From Thermoplasmata archaeon (GTDB lineage Archaea > Thermoplasmatota > Thermoplasmata > Lutacidiplasmatales > UBA184), in NCBI GenBank assembly GCA_028864975.1, contig JAGWLG010000015.1, positions 8,253-72,252 on the forward strand: a DNA stretch of 64,000 nt, read 5' to 3'. A program made the position numbers and the translations under genes. The notes under the pieces are model-generated. The model had not been told where the DNA came from, made no database searches, and was given only the letters and a program-made list of their open reading frames with translations. Shown here one piece after another: positions 35,507-46,300 of the stretch. Numbering within the stretch: the stretch's first letter is position 1; each line of letters opens with the position of its first letter.

Positions 35507-36090
35507 AGCTCGTGCTCATCGACCATCAGGATTCCTTCGTCTACAACCTCGCCCAGGCCCTCGGTCGGCTTGGGGCCGAGGTCGTCACGCTGCGCTCGAG
35601 CCTTCCGCTGCGAGCGGTCCTGCGCGAGGACCCGGACCTCCTCGTCCTCTCCCCGGGGCCGGGCCATCCTTCGGACCCCCGAACGATGGGAGTGACCCCT
35701 CGACTGCTTTCCCGGGGAGGGCTGGCGCGCGAGCTCCCCACGCTGGGGGTCTGTCTGGGACACCAGGCGATCGGTGCGGCGTTCGGAGGGACGGTGCACC
35801 GAGGCCCCTACCCCTGCCACGGAGAGACCTCGCGGGTCCTGCATCACCGAGAAGGGCTCTACGAAGGGGTCCCCAGCCCCTTCTCGGCGGCCCGGTACCA
35901 CTCTCTGGTCGTGGACCGCCACGACCTCCCCGCCGAGCTCGAGGAAACGAGCTGGGAGGCGGGTGGAGTACTGATGGGCCTGCGCCACCGGACGCTTCCC
36001 ATCGAGGGCGTTCAGTTCCACCCCGAGTCCTATCTTACGCGGTACGGCGATAGGCTCCTCGGGAACTTCCTGAAGAGGGCCCGCCGATGA
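35503..36090 (+). CDS. trpG: Anthranilate synthase component II (glutamine amidotransferase)
   Basis: LIDHQDSFVYNL, LSPGPG.P, LGVCLGHQ, RYHSL, GVQFHPES; TTG start overlapping the trpE stop. Confidence 0.95.
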   Translation: MKLVLIDHQDSFVYNLAQALGRLGAEVVTLRSSLPLRAVLREDPDLLVLSPGPGHPSDPRTMGVTPRLLSRGGLARELPTLGVCLGHQAIGAAFGGTVHRGPYPCHGETSRVLHHREGLYEGVPSPFSAARYHSLVVDRHDLPAELEETSWEAGGVLMGLRHRTLPIEGVQFHPESYLTRYGDRLLGNFLKRARR

Positions 36091-37160
36091 ACGTGGATCC
36101 CTCGACAGGACCCGCGGCCTTGCAGCACCTGGTCCAGGGGGAGGACCTCGGACCTGAGGAGGCCCGAGAGGTCGCCGAGGGTCTGTTGACGGGGGCCTTC
36201 CCCCCGGAGGTCGTGGCGTCCCTCCTCACGGCCCTGGCTGCGAAAGGAGAGAGCCCGGAGGAGCTCTACGCCTTCTCCTCGACCCTGCGGGCGCGAGCTC
36301 GACCCTTCCCGGGACCCGCGGAGGCCGGGGCCGTGGACCTGTGCGGGACGGGGGGGGCGAAGACGCCGACGTTCAACATCTCGACGGTCAGCGCCTTCGT
36401 CCTCGCGGGGGCGGGCGTCCCGGTCGCCAAACATGGGAACGTCTCCGCCCGAAGGCCGTGCGGGTCCTCGGACGTACTGAGCGCCCTAGGGCTTCCGGTC
36501 CTTCGCTCCGTGGCCTTCGCCGAGGCCTCCTGGAGGAAGGAACGGCTCTGCTTCCTCCATGCTCCGCTCTTCCATGCCGCGACCCGGAGCGTGGCGCCGG
36601 TCCGCAAGGCGCTTGGGCTCCGGACCATCTTCAATCAGCTGGGGCCTCTCACGAACCCTGCAGGGGTCTCGACGCAGCTCGTAGGGTGTTTCTCGAGGGA
36701 GTATGCCCGGCGGGTCACCCCCGTGCTCCACCGGTTGGGCGTGCACCGGTCCCTCGCGGTCCACGGGAAGGGAGGGATGGACGAGCTCAGCTCCAAGGGG
36801 ACGGACTGGCTCCTCCGATCGGTCGAAGCGAGCGGTGAGGGCGGGGGCGCGACCGAGGTCTCGATCGACCCTTCCACGCTCCTGTCGCCCGAGGAGCGCC
36901 GTGGCGACCTTCGTCCCCGGTCGCCTGGGGAGGCGGCCGAGCTCACGCGGGCGGTCCTCTCGGGAGAAGGGGACGGAGCGGTCCGCGGGGCCGTCCTGCT
37001 GACCGCAGGGGCCGCGATATGGCTTCACGGCTCCGCCCCCGAGCTGCCGAGTGGCGTGGCGTTGGCGAGGTCGGCCCTTCAGGACGGCCGGGCGCTCGAC
37101 AAGCTCCAGAAGCTCCAAGCGCTCGCCCGCTCCCAGGACTGGCCGGAGGGGTCCCCTTGA
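36087..37160 (+). CDS. trpD: Anthranilate phosphoribosyltransferase
   Basis: DLCGTGG, TFNIST, VAKHGN, GSSDVL, RTIFN.LGPLTNP, GMDEL. Confidence 0.96.
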   Translation: MNVDPSTGPAALQHLVQGEDLGPEEAREVAEGLLTGAFPPEVVASLLTALAAKGESPEELYAFSSTLRARARPFPGPAEAGAVDLCGTGGAKTPTFNISTVSAFVLAGAGVPVAKHGNVSARRPCGSSDVLSALGLPVLRSVAFAEASWRKERLCFLHAPLFHAATRSVAPVRKALGLRTIFNQLGPLTNPAGVSTQLVGCFSREYARRVTPVLHRLGVHRSLAVHGKGGMDELSSKGTDWLLRSVEASGEGGGATEVSIDPSTLLSPEERRGDLRPRSPGEAAELTRAVLSGEGDGAVRGAVLLTAGAAIWLHGSAPELPSGVALARSALQDGRALDKLQKLQALARSQDWPEGSP

Positions 37161-38035
37161 GCCCACGGTCTCCCACGAACCCGGCACGGGCCGACGCGAA
37201 GTCCGCTCCAGGGAACTTCCTGGACACCATGGTGAAGACGGTGGAGGAGGAACTGCGCGCGGGGCTCTACGCACGGCGCCCACCCCGAGGGGACGAGCCC
37301 CCGCCGGGACGTCCCCGGTTCGCGGAGGCCCTTCATCGGGTCTCGGAGGGGCCGGCCTTGATGGTGGAGCTCAAGCATGCCTCCCCCGGGCGCTCGCAGC
37401 CGCGGCTTCCTGCGCTCTCTCCGGAGCGTTTCGTTCGGGTGTGCGAGGACGCGGGGATCAGCGCGCTCTCGGTGATCCCTCAGCCCTACGAGTTCGGAGG
37501 CAACCTGGAGGAGTTCGGGAAGGTCGCCCACCTATCCCGTCTGCCGCTCCTTTTCAAGGACTTCATCATCGATGAGGCCCAGATCCAGGCCGCGAAAGTG
37601 CACGGAGCTTCGGCGGTCCTGCTCCTCGCCCGGCTCGCGCGCGCCCAGTCCCTGCACGGCAACCTGGAAGGGCTGGTGAAGGCGGCCCATGCTCGAGGGC
37701 TGGAGACCCTGGTGGAAGTGCATGCGAAGGCCGAGGTACCCCTAGCGCTCAGCTCCGGGACGGACGCCCTTGGGGTCAACGCCCGAGACCTCGGAACGCT
37801 CCACCTGGACCCTCGCTCCGCGCTGCCGGTGCTGCGCGAGCTGCGCAAGGACCCCCGGCCGCTCGTGGCCATGAGCGGCGTGGAAGGACCGCGCGAGGTG
37901 GCCCTCTACGGCGCCTCGGGGGCCGACGCGATCCTCATCGGGACGGCCTTCGCGCGTTCCCACGACCCGCTCGCGTTCCTGCGGGGCCTGCGTGCGGAGC
38001 CCCCCCGCAACGAGGCCGCGGTGGGGGACCGTTGA
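37157..38035 (+). CDS. trpC: Indole-3-glycerol phosphate synthase
   Basis: ELKHASP, LSV, KDFII...QI..A...GA.AVLL, LVEVH, GVNARDL, GADAILIG; TTG 37157 overlaps the trpD stop. Confidence 0.92.
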   Translation: MSPRSPTNPARADAKSAPGNFLDTMVKTVEEELRAGLYARRPPRGDEPPPGRPRFAEALHRVSEGPALMVELKHASPGRSQPRLPALSPERFVRVCEDAGISALSVIPQPYEFGGNLEEFGKVAHLSRLPLLFKDFIIDEAQIQAAKVHGASAVLLLARLARAQSLHGNLEGLVKAAHARGLETLVEVHAKAEVPLALSSGTDALGVNARDLGTLHLDPRSALPVLRELRKDPRPLVAMSGVEGPREVALYGASGADAILIGTAFARSHDPLAFLRGLRAEPPRNEAAVGDR

Positions 38036-38715
38036 CCCGATCGCAGGACCGACCGCTGGTGAAGGTCTGTGGTCTCCGGACCTCACGAGACCTCGAGGCC
38101 GCGGAAGGAGCGGACCTCATTGGGGTCGTGGTGGAGGTGCCGGGGTCTCCCCGATCGGTATCGCTCAGAGAAGCGGAGGCCCTCTTCGAGCTCGCCCGAG
38201 GACGCTTCGATCGCGTGGCCGTCATGTGGGGCCCAGATGCAACTCGGATCCGGGAGGTCCTTCGTGTAGCGGCCCCCGACCTCGTACAGGTGCACGGACC
38301 AGTCCCGACGGGGTTGAAGGAGGAAGAAGTGGGCAAGGTGGTCCCCTCCCTAGCGGTCCCGCAGGCCACCCCTCGGGACGCCCCTGCACCGGTGAAGGTG
38401 CCCGATGAGGGGGGGTACCCCTTCCTCCATCTGGACACCGCGGGAGGACCGCTACCTGGGGGGACGGGACAGCGTTCCGATTGGTCCCTTTGCAGAGATC
38501 TCGTGGTCTCGCACCCTACGCAACGGTTTCTTCTGGGCGGTGGTCTCACACCTGAGAACGTGGCGGAAGCGATCGAGCGGGTCCAGCCGCATGGCGTCGA
38601 CGTCTCGAGCGGGGTCGAGGAGCGACCCGGGGTGAAGTCCCGCGAGAAGGTCGAGCGATTCCTTCGGGCCTCCCTTTCGGCCACGAAGCGTGGTAGGAGC
38701 GCGCGCGATGCCTGA
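38032..38715 (+). CDS. trpF: Phosphoribosylanthranilate isomerase
   Basis: VKVCGL, VQVHG, LDT....GGTG...[22 protein letters not shown]. Confidence 0.95.
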   Translation: MTRSQDRPLVKVCGLRTSRDLEAAEGADLIGVVVEVPGSPRSVSLREAEALFELARGRFDRVAVMWGPDATRIREVLRVAAPDLVQVHGPVPTGLKEEEVGKVVPSLAVPQATPRDAPAPVKVPDEGGYPFLHLDTAGGPLPGGTGQRSDWSLCRDLVVSHPTQRFLLGGGLTPENVAEAIERVQPHGVDVSSGVEERPGVKSREKVERFLRASLSATKRGRSARDA

Positions 38716-39877
38716 GTGGTACGGCCCCTTCGGAGGTACGTTCGTTCCGGAGACCCTCGTCCCCGCGCTGCAGGAGCTTGAGTCCGCCTGGCGCTCGGCG
38801 AGGAAGGACCCGGCCTTCAAGAGGGAGTTCCAGCGCCTGGCACGGGAGTGGGGAGGACGGCCGACCCCCCTCTACTTTGCCGAGAACCTGACCCGGGAGG
38901 TCGGTGGCGCGCAGATCTACCTCAAACGAGAGGACCTCGTCCACGGTGGAGCGCACAAGTTCAACAACGCCTTGGGGCAGGGGCTGCTGGCGAAGCGCCT
39001 CGGGAAGACCCGACTGATCGCCGAAACGGGCGCGGGACAGCACGGCGTCGCCACGGCCATGGTCGGAGCCAAGCTCGCGCTCCGGACCGAGGTGTACATG
39101 GGGGCCGTCGACATGGAACGCCAGAAGCCCAACGTCCAGCGCATGCGGCTCCTGGGCGCCACGGTTCGGCCCGTCGACCACGGGGGGAAGACGCTCAAGG
39201 AAGCGATCAACGAGGCGTTCCGGGATTGGATCACGAACGTCCAGTCCACCTACTACCTGCTCGGGAGCGCGGTGGGTCCTCATCCGTTCCCTTCGATCGT
39301 GTGCGAGTTCCAGTCCGTGATCGGACGGGAGATCTTGCAGCAGGCGCGAAGCGCGTGGAAGGCGCTACCGGACCTGGTCGTCGCCTGCGTGGGCGGAGGC
39401 TCCAACGCCATCGGGACCTTCCACCCGCTGCTCAAGACCCCGGCGAAGCTTCTCGGGGTGGAGGCGGCGGGTTCGGGAGCCCCCCAAGCGGTCGGGTCCG
39501 CCTCCCTCACCAAGGGGCGGCCGGGGGTCCTGCAAGGGATGCGGACCTACCTGCTCCAGGACGCGGAAGGCCAGATCCTGGAGACCGATTCCATCGCCGC
39601 GGGTCTCGACTACGCCGGCGTGGGGCCGGAGCACGCGTACCTGAAAGAGACGGGCCGGGTGGAGTACACGTCGGCGACCGACACGCAGGCGCTCGAGGCG
39701 TTCCATCGCCTGGCGAGGACGGAGGGCATCCTTCCGGCCCTCGAGCCTTCTCATGCCCTTGCCGAAGCGATCCGACGCGCCGCGACCATGCCGAAAGAGG
39801 CACGTATCGTGGTGACCCTCTCGGGGAGGGGCGACAAGGATCTGGAGGTGGTCGGCCAGCATGCCTCACCTGGGTGA
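38708..39877 (+). CDS. trpB: Tryptophan synthase beta chain (TrpB1)
   Basis: [26 protein letters not shown] (PLP Lys), [49 protein letters not shown]. Confidence 0.97.
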   Translation: MPEWYGPFGGTFVPETLVPALQELESAWRSARKDPAFKREFQRLAREWGGRPTPLYFAENLTREVGGAQIYLKREDLVHGGAHKFNNALGQGLLAKRLGKTRLIAETGAGQHGVATAMVGAKLALRTEVYMGAVDMERQKPNVQRMRLLGATVRPVDHGGKTLKEAINEAFRDWITNVQSTYYLLGSAVGPHPFPSIVCEFQSVIGREILQQARSAWKALPDLVVACVGGGSNAIGTFHPLLKTPAKLLGVEAAGSGAPQAVGSASLTKGRPGVLQGMRTYLLQDAEGQILETDSIAAGLDYAGVGPEHAYLKETGRVEYTSATDTQALEAFHRLARTEGILPALEPSHALAEAIRRAATMPKEARIVVTLSGRGDKDLEVVGQHASPG

Positions 39878-40682
39878 GGTCCTAGCGTCCCGCCGGGCCG
39901 AGAGGACGCCCTCGCTCTTGGTCTACATGATGGCGGGGTCGGTCCCGGACGAGCGTTTCCTCGCCACCGTCGACGCGCTCAAGGGCGTCGGGGTCACGGG
40001 TCTCGAGCTAGGTTTCCCCTTCAGCGACCCCATGGCCGAAGGTCCGGTGATCCAGAAGGCGGCCTCCGATGCTCTCGCTCGTGGTTTCCACTGGCCGGAC
40101 CTGCTCCGTCTGCTTCGTTCCTGCTCGGAGAAGCTCCCGTGTGCGGTCATGACCTACACGAACCCTATCGTCCAGCGAGGAGAGCTCTCCGCGCTGCAGG
40201 ACCTCGCGAGCGCCGGAGGGAGCGCGCTGATCCTTCCGGACCTCCCCGTCGAGGCGCTGGCTCCCTTCCGAAGGGCCCGCCAGACCACACGCGTGGACAC
40301 GGTCCTGCTAGCGTCGCCGGCGACTCAGGCAGAAAGATTGCGGACCCTTGTCGTTCGGACCGAGGGGTTCCTCTACCTGGTCTCCCGCTACGGCACCACG
40401 GGCGCAGGGGGAGGGAACACTCCCTCGACCCAGGGTCGGGAGGGGGAGCTCCGCCCGCTCCTCGATGCGTCCCACGCCCTACGCCCGAAGCTCCCCGTTC
40501 TCGTCGGGTTCGGGGTCTCCACTCCCGAAGATGTCCGTCGACACCTCTCGGCGGGGGCCGACGGCGTTGTCGTGGGAAGCGCGGTCCAGCGGCGTTTGAG
40601 CGAAGGAGAGAGCCCGCAGGGCATCGCGGGATATGTGAGAGGCCTCTGCGATGGGCTCACATCCAAGGGCCCGTCCGCCTGA
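39861..40682 (+). CDS. trpA: Tryptophan synthase alpha chain
   Basis: [53 protein letters not shown]. Confidence 0.95.
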   Translation: MPHLGEVLASRRAERTPSLLVYMMAGSVPDERFLATVDALKGVGVTGLELGFPFSDPMAEGPVIQKAASDALARGFHWPDLLRLLRSCSEKLPCAVMTYTNPIVQRGELSALQDLASAGGSALILPDLPVEALAPFRRARQTTRVDTVLLASPATQAERLRTLVVRTEGFLYLVSRYGTTGAGGGNTPSTQGREGELRPLLDASHALRPKLPVLVGFGVSTPEDVRRHLSAGADGVVVGSAVQRRLSEGESPQGIAGYVRGLCDGLTSKGPSA

Positions 40683-40787
40683 GGGCGGGCAAGTTCGCGC
40701 ACCAGCGTTGAGGGCTGGACAGTGGCCCAGGGGTTAGCTGCAGGAGAGGACCCAGGCGCCGAGATCGAAGCAACGAGTGGAATCAAG

Positions 40788-40845
40788 AGCTCCTGACAGG
40801 CATCCGGTGGGGTTGGACCTCGCGACCGGAGTCATGTCGGGAGCT
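40788..40845. other. Long imperfect hairpin between convergent trpA and endA
   Basis: AGCTCCTGACA (40788-98) pairs with TGTCGGGAGCT (40835-45); TCCGGT/ACCGGA (40803-08/40825-30); GGGGT/ACCTC apical stem. Confidence 0.5.
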
Positions 40846-40859
40846 GCTGCTGAAAATCA

Positions 40860-41984
40860 CTATGGGCGCATCCGCTCGAGATGCAGGTATCGAGGAGCCG
40901 AATCTCCCGGCGGGAGCGAGGCCAGGAGGAGCTGCTTGCGCACGCCCTGGGCGAGACGGATCGCCCTGGCCACCTCGGGCCAGGGGGCGCTCCAGTTCGC
41001 GGGCACCACGTGAACGAGGTAGCGAGCGTGGCTGCTCGCCGGATCGTGCTCGTACGCGCGAAAGTGCGCTCCGTACTTGAACCCCGTCTTCGGCACCAGC
41101 CCCTGGGCGCGCAAGTGCTGATAGACCGGGAGGCGGGCGAGAAGGTCAGGCTCGGTCTGCGAGGCCTTCGACTCGAAATCCTTCGGAAGGAGCATGCCCG
41201 TCCCCTTCGAGGACTGGAGGGTCAACCGACCCTCTCGCTCGAGGTAGAGTGCTTCGAGCAGAGAGAGCTCCAGGCGTTCACCGATCTTGCTCCCGAAATG
41301 CTCGCTCTTGTCCAGGGCCTGCGCCTGAGCGGCGTCGAAGATGCTGACGCGGTCCCCGAGCAGGACGCCGTCGACCTTGCTCAGGGGGTTTGGGGGTGGG
41401 CTCTCCCCATGCGGGAGAACCTCGCGCACGCGGTAGTAGGTGAGGTCGCTCTCCTCGTCGATGATCCCTACGAGCAGCGTCCGTCGTGCTCCGCGCACCT
41501 GCGCGAGATGTTCGGTCAGCTCGGGAAGGCAGAAGGGGACCCGTTCCGACCGGGACTCGACCCACCATTTCGAGGGGGTCTTGCTCGGGGTCCCCCCACG
41601 CGGGAGGAGCGAGAACTCGAGGGGGGGCGCGCCGCGAAGGACGACATATCCTCGTTGCCGGAGGTCGCGGTAGACCAGGTAGCGGATCTCGAACGCACTG
41701 TCCCGTACGTGGGCCTGGGCCAGCAGGTCTCGGAATCCCACCGAGACCCCGTCGGGGCCGTGGACCTTCAGCCGCTCCATCTCGGTGAGGTAGACCGTCT
41801 CGAGAGGGTCGAGCTCGAGAGCGCCACCCGGGACCACGTTACCGTAACCCCCACGACCATGCAGCGCGGAGCCGGCGGTCGGGTCTTCGATGCGAGAACC
41901 GCCGTCAGCACGGAGCGCCGCGGAAGGGACCTGGGCGGCGCCCTCGGGCCGGGAGGAGGGTTCCATGCGAGCGCCCTGCAACAT
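40860..41984 (-). CDS. endA: tRNA-intron endonuclease, two fused units (homodimeric alpha2 type)
   Basis: Two repeats: LELDPLETVYL...YLVYRDLR.RG...DEESDLTYY, then LELSLLEALYL...VY..LR..GL..KTGFKYG..FR.Y...H...LAQGVRK (Tyr/His/Lys catalytic set in the second unit). Confidence 0.92.
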   Translation of the reverse strand: MLQGARMEPSSRPEGAAQVPSAALRADGGSRIEDPTAGSALHGRGGYGNVVPGGALELDPLETVYLTEMERLKVHGPDGVSVGFRDLLAQAHVRDSAFEIRYLVYRDLRQRGYVVLRGAPPLEFSLLPRGGTPSKTPSKWWVESRSERVPFCLPELTEHLAQVRGARRTLLVGIIDEESDLTYYRVREVLPHGESPPPNPLSKVDGVLLGDRVSIFDAAQAQALDKSEHFGSKIGERLELSLLEALYLEREGRLTLQSSKGTGMLLPKDFESKASQTEPDLLARLPVYQHLRAQGLVPKTGFKYGAHFRAYEHDPASSHARYLVHVVPANWSAPWPEVARAIRLAQGVRKQLLLASLPPGDSAPRYLHLERMRP

Positions 41985-42703
41985 CAGGCGCTCCCCACGG
42001 CCCCCGCGGCGCTCGTCGGGGGCAGCGAGGCCTTGGGGGGCTCCCGGGACTTGCTCTGAAGCTGCTCGACCACGCCCTGCATGCCCTTCTGGACCAGGAG
42101 GATCTCGTTCTCGTTCAGCGAACCCATCGTCCGGGCGCGGGCGAGGAGGTGGGAGAGGTCGGTGAGCGTGAACCAGGAGAGGCCTTCCGCGTTCATCCTC
42201 TCCTCCGCTTGCGGCAGTCCGTAGGTGACGATCGCCGTCGCCGCGAGCACCTTGGCACCCGTGGCCCTGAGCTGCCTAGCCGCCCCGACCAAGGAACTGG
42301 CGGTGGAGATCAGGTCCTCGATCACGACGACCCGGGAGCCGGAGGGGAGGACCCCCTCGACCGCGCGACCGAGCCCGTGGTCCTTCGCTTCCGACCGGAC
42401 GTAGACCATGGGGAGGTGGAGCTTCTCGGCCAAGAGCGCCGCATGGGGGATCCCTGCCGTCGCGACCCCCGCCAGCACCTGGGCGTCCGGGCAGCGGGTC
42501 AGGATCAGCTGGGCCCAGGAGGCGATGACCTGCTCTCGCACGTCCGGAAAGGACAGGACCTTGCGGTTGTCGCAGTAGATCGGGGACCTCACGCCCGAGG
42601 CCCAGGTGTAGAGCTCGCGGGGGGAGAGCGTCACCGCCCCGATCTGAAGGAGGTGGCCGGCCACCTCATCGGCCACCGCCGCCGCGGTCGTCGACCCGGG
42701 CAT
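41984..42703 (-). CDS. pyrE: Orotate phosphoribosyltransferase
   Basis: WASG..SPIYCDNR, AGVATAGIPHA, YVR...KDHG, VVIEDLISTASS PRPP loop. Confidence 0.93.
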   Translation of the reverse strand: MPGSTTAAAVADEVAGHLLQIGAVTLSPRELYTWASGVRSPIYCDNRKVLSFPDVREQVIASWAQLILTRCPDAQVLAGVATAGIPHAALLAEKLHLPMVYVRSEAKDHGLGRAVEGVLPSGSRVVVIEDLISTASSLVGAARQLRATGAKVLAATAIVTYGLPQAEERMNAEGLSWFTLTDLSHLLARARTMGSLNENEILLVQKGMQGVVEQLQSKSREPPKASLPPTSAAGAVGSA

Positions 42704-42706
42704 GGT

Positions 42707-43294
42707 TCACCAGGGGACCCGCTTCGCGCCGATAAAGTAACCCACCCAGTTGAAGCTCGTGTGAAGAAAGAGCGTGAGCAGGAGGACCCACGCCACGGTG
42801 AGCAGTCCCGGGAGGGTCCCTGGCCAGAAAGCGGCGGAGAAGAGCGAGGGGGTCAAGAGACCGAGCAGGACCATGGGAACGATCAGGAAGGGGAGCTGGT
42901 CCAAGAGCGGGAAGGGCGCACTGCTTTCGCGGGCCATCCTCCGCTTGAAGAACGACCCGACGGCGTCGCCGGTGAGGGCACCGAACCCTAGCAACAACAG
43001 GGGGACGAAGGACCCTCCCCAGGTGCTCGCGAAGGCGGGGACGAGTTGGAGCGAGGGGGGCGCCATGAGGATCAGCCAAGCCTGAAAGGCCCCTACGGCC
43101 ACGCCGACCCCGCCTCCGATGAGGAATCCCAGCCAGGTCTTGGACCGACCCAGGACCCTGCGGCCGTCGCGCCAGAGAAGGCCACCATCCATTGCGGGGC
43201 CCTTGCCTCGAGAGAGCGTCGCCGCCGCGTTGGCGACGTACGCGGGGATCAGCACCCAGAGCGAGGAGGCGAAGAGCAGCAGCAGGGGCTCCAC
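42707..43294 (-). CDS. carS: CDP-2,3-bis-(O-geranylgeranyl)-sn-glycerol (CDP-archaeol) synthase
   Basis: PAYVANA, MDGG....DGRR.LG..KTW.G, GD..GSF.KRR, P.LDQL.F; multi-pass hydrophobic. Confidence 0.9.
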   Translation of the reverse strand: MEPLLLLFASSLWVLIPAYVANAAATLSRGKGPAMDGGLLWRDGRRVLGRSKTWLGFLIGGGVGVAVGAFQAWLILMAPPSLQLVPAFASTWGGSFVPLLLLGFGALTGDAVGSFFKRRMARESSAPFPLLDQLPFLIVPMVLLGLLTPSLFSAAFWPGTLPGLLTVAWVLLLTLFLHTSFNWVGYFIGAKRVPW

Positions 43295-43318
43295 GGGAAC
43301 GGGCCGGGACGGAACCGC

Positions 43319-46300
43319 CTATAATGGCTTGGCCGCAGGTTCGGGGGCCCCGCCGGTCCCCTTCGAAGAGGTCGTCAGGCGAGCGAGCGTCTCGCGCATC
43401 TGGCGCTCTACGACCGGGTTCTTGAAGGAGATCGCGGCTGCCAGGGCCTTCTCTGCCGCGACACGGCAACGGTCCTCCAGGCCTCTCCTCTCGAAGAACC
43501 GAACCATAGAGGGCAACTGGGAGACCGCGGCAGCGCCATGGTCGAAGACGCCCTCCCGCGCGAGGGCGTCGTAGGTGGCGAGGGCCTCGTTCAGGTTCCC
43601 CGCCTCTCCCTTCATTTCGGCGACGAGGAGCTGACACTCCCAGATGTCGTCGTTCCGCTGCATCGCCAGCGCCTCCTGGAGCGACCGCTCGGCCCACTGG
43701 ACCGCGGCGGGGGCGTTCTTCCGTGTCCCTTCGGAGCGTGCGATGAGGAACGCCCCGCAGCATCGGACACGCGGAACGTCGAACTTCGTCCCAAGGTCCC
43801 AGAGGTGACGCCCCACCTGTTCGGCCTCCTCGGCCTTCCCGGCCTCGACCAGAGAGATCGCGGCGTTGTACTCGTAGATGGCGGCGTTCGTGAAGCTCCC
43901 CGCCCGGCGAGCGTGGTCGGCGGCCTTCTCCGCCATTTCCCGCATGCCCACCGCATCGCCCCTGGCCTCGGCCATCATGCCCTGGAGGTTGTAGGCCTGC
44001 GCCACGGTCGCGTCGTCGTCCTGTGCGGTCTCCAAGACCTCTCCGAGCCAAGCCTCTGCCCGATCGGGCCGTCCCAGAACGTAGTGACACCAGGCCCCGT
44101 GGGTCAACGCTCTCCCCCTCGTCTCAGGGCTGACCTCGGACTTGGGCGCCTCCACGATGGAGGTCAGCAGGGTCATCGCGCGCTCGTGATCGCCCTGTTG
44201 CATCCATAGGTACGCCTGGAAGCTTTCGAGGTCGTGGCGAAGTCGGGCCGGGACGTCGCTCCCGCGGCGCTGGAACTCCCCCTCCAGCTCGTTGGCGATG
44301 CGTCGGGCCTCCTGGGTATCGAAAGGATCGGTGGCGCGAGCGAGGGCCTCGCGGGCGGCCCATCGAAGGCGGTCCGAGAGGGGCTCGGTCAAGAGCTCGA
44401 GCAGGGACCGACGGGCGTGCCGCGGCCCTCCGATACGGGAGAGCCGTCCTGCCGCTTGGATCTCGGACTCGACCTGGCCCTCTTCGCCGGGATGGGCCGC
44501 GGAGCGACGTAGCTCCCGCATCCAGGAAAGATAGGTCGACGCGGACTCGGGGAGGGAGGCCGCGAGCGAGCGCTCGAGCGCTCTGCGCACCCAGGGCAGC
44601 CCTCGGTCGAGGTCTCCCGAAGCATGCCCGAGCCTCGCCAGGGTCTCCACCTCCTCGGAACGGTGCTCCTCCCACCAGTCGAGAAGGGCCAGGGCCTCTT
44701 CCTTCCGACGGGCGATGGAGAGCTCCCCCATCGTGACCTCCCAGACCAGGGGGTGGGAGAAGGACCATCGCGAGCCCGGCGATTCGATCGAGGGTTCGAG
44801 CAGCCGCCTACGGTGGACCAAGGACTCGACGTTCCGCTGCGCCTCTTGCAAGCTCGACCTTCTCACCGCGGCGACCGGGGGAAGGTCGAACTCGCTTCCC
44901 GCGACCGCGGCGCTGTCAAGGAAGGCCCTTTCCTCCGCCGGAAGTCGGCCGATCCGTTGCAGGACCATCCTACGCAAGGATGGGGGTACGGTCGCCAGAA
45001 GCGCATCGGAACCGTGAGGGGCGCGCGCGAACCGGTATCCGTTGCCATCCTCCTCCAGCGTGCCTTCTTCCCGAAGTTGGACAAAGATCTCGCGGAGGAA
45101 GTAGGGGTTGCCTTCCGTCCGCCGTAGCAGCTCTCGCACCTCCACCTCGCCCGAGGTCGGGGAGAGCGAGCCCCCCAGGACCTCCTTCAGGAGGGACCGA
45201 GCCTCTTCCTCCCCGAAACCTCGCAGCGCGATCCGTTCAAGCAGCCCCTCGCGAGAGAGCATCTCCAGTCGCTCCGAGAGCGAACCCCCTTCCTCCTCCG
45301 CGTTCGCCGGGATCTCCTCTTCCCGGGCACCCCCCACCAACAACACGGGGAGGTCACGGAGGTTCCTGGCGAGGAACTGGAACGCGGTCCCGGATTGGGG
45401 GTCGGCCCAGTGAAGGTCATCGACGACGACGAGCTGGGGGGCTTCCCGTGCCGCACTTTCCAGCGCCTGCAGGTACCTCAACAGCGTGGCGGACGGGCTC
45501 TCGGCTCCCCCGCCAGCGACCTGGGGGGTCACCCCCTCGGGGCTCGCAACGGGCCGGATGACCTCGGCATCCGACTCGAGGAGCGAGACCTCGCGTTTCT
45601 CGAAGGCCGAGGGATTGATCGCGACGAGAAGATGTCCGTCGGCCTCTTGCGCGAGGTCCCGAAGGAACTGGAGCAACCGGAGCACCGCCGCGAAACTGTT
45701 CTGGCTCGTCAGGTACTCGATCCCGTCCACCGCCACGACGCCCCCAGGGTGCTCCTTGAGATGACGCGCGGTACGTTCTCCTAGGGTGTCGAGGTCTCCT
45801 GGCGTGACGCGGCCCTCTCCCTCCATCCGGGTGATCCAAAGCGGATGTGTCCCTGGGGGAAGGGTCTGGCCCCGTTCCTTGAGCGACCCAGGATTCTCTC
45901 GTGTCACCAACAGTAGCGCACACTCTCGGGGAAGCGCGGACAGGGTTGCACGAAAGCGGCGAGGCCGTTCGTCCTCGAAGAGCGTATAGGCGCCGAGCTC
46001 CCCGGCCGGGACTGCGCTCGAGGCAGGGCTCCCTGGATCGGTTGCCCCCCCCTTCGAAGCCCTCCGTCGGAAGACCTGCTCGAAGACGAAGAAAGGGGCC
46101 ACCGACTCCTGCAGGCCGTTCCCCCAGGAGACCTGGAAACCGCTCGACAAGGCCTCCCGTTCGAGCCAGCGGAGCAGCCGCGTCTTGCCCATCCCACCGG
46201 GCCCGAGCACCAGACACGAGTTCCCGTGTCCTTGGCGGGCGGCAGCCAGACCACGCTGAAGGCGACCCATCTCCGCCCTGCGGCCGATGAGGGAGGAGGG

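Noticed and set aside
40683-40859. Possible SRP RNA, RNase P RNA or bulge-helix-bulge EndA substrate next to endA
   Set aside because: SRP helix-8 spacing and RNase P P4 consensus are not met; the hairpin lacks two 3-nt bulges separated by a 4-bp helix.
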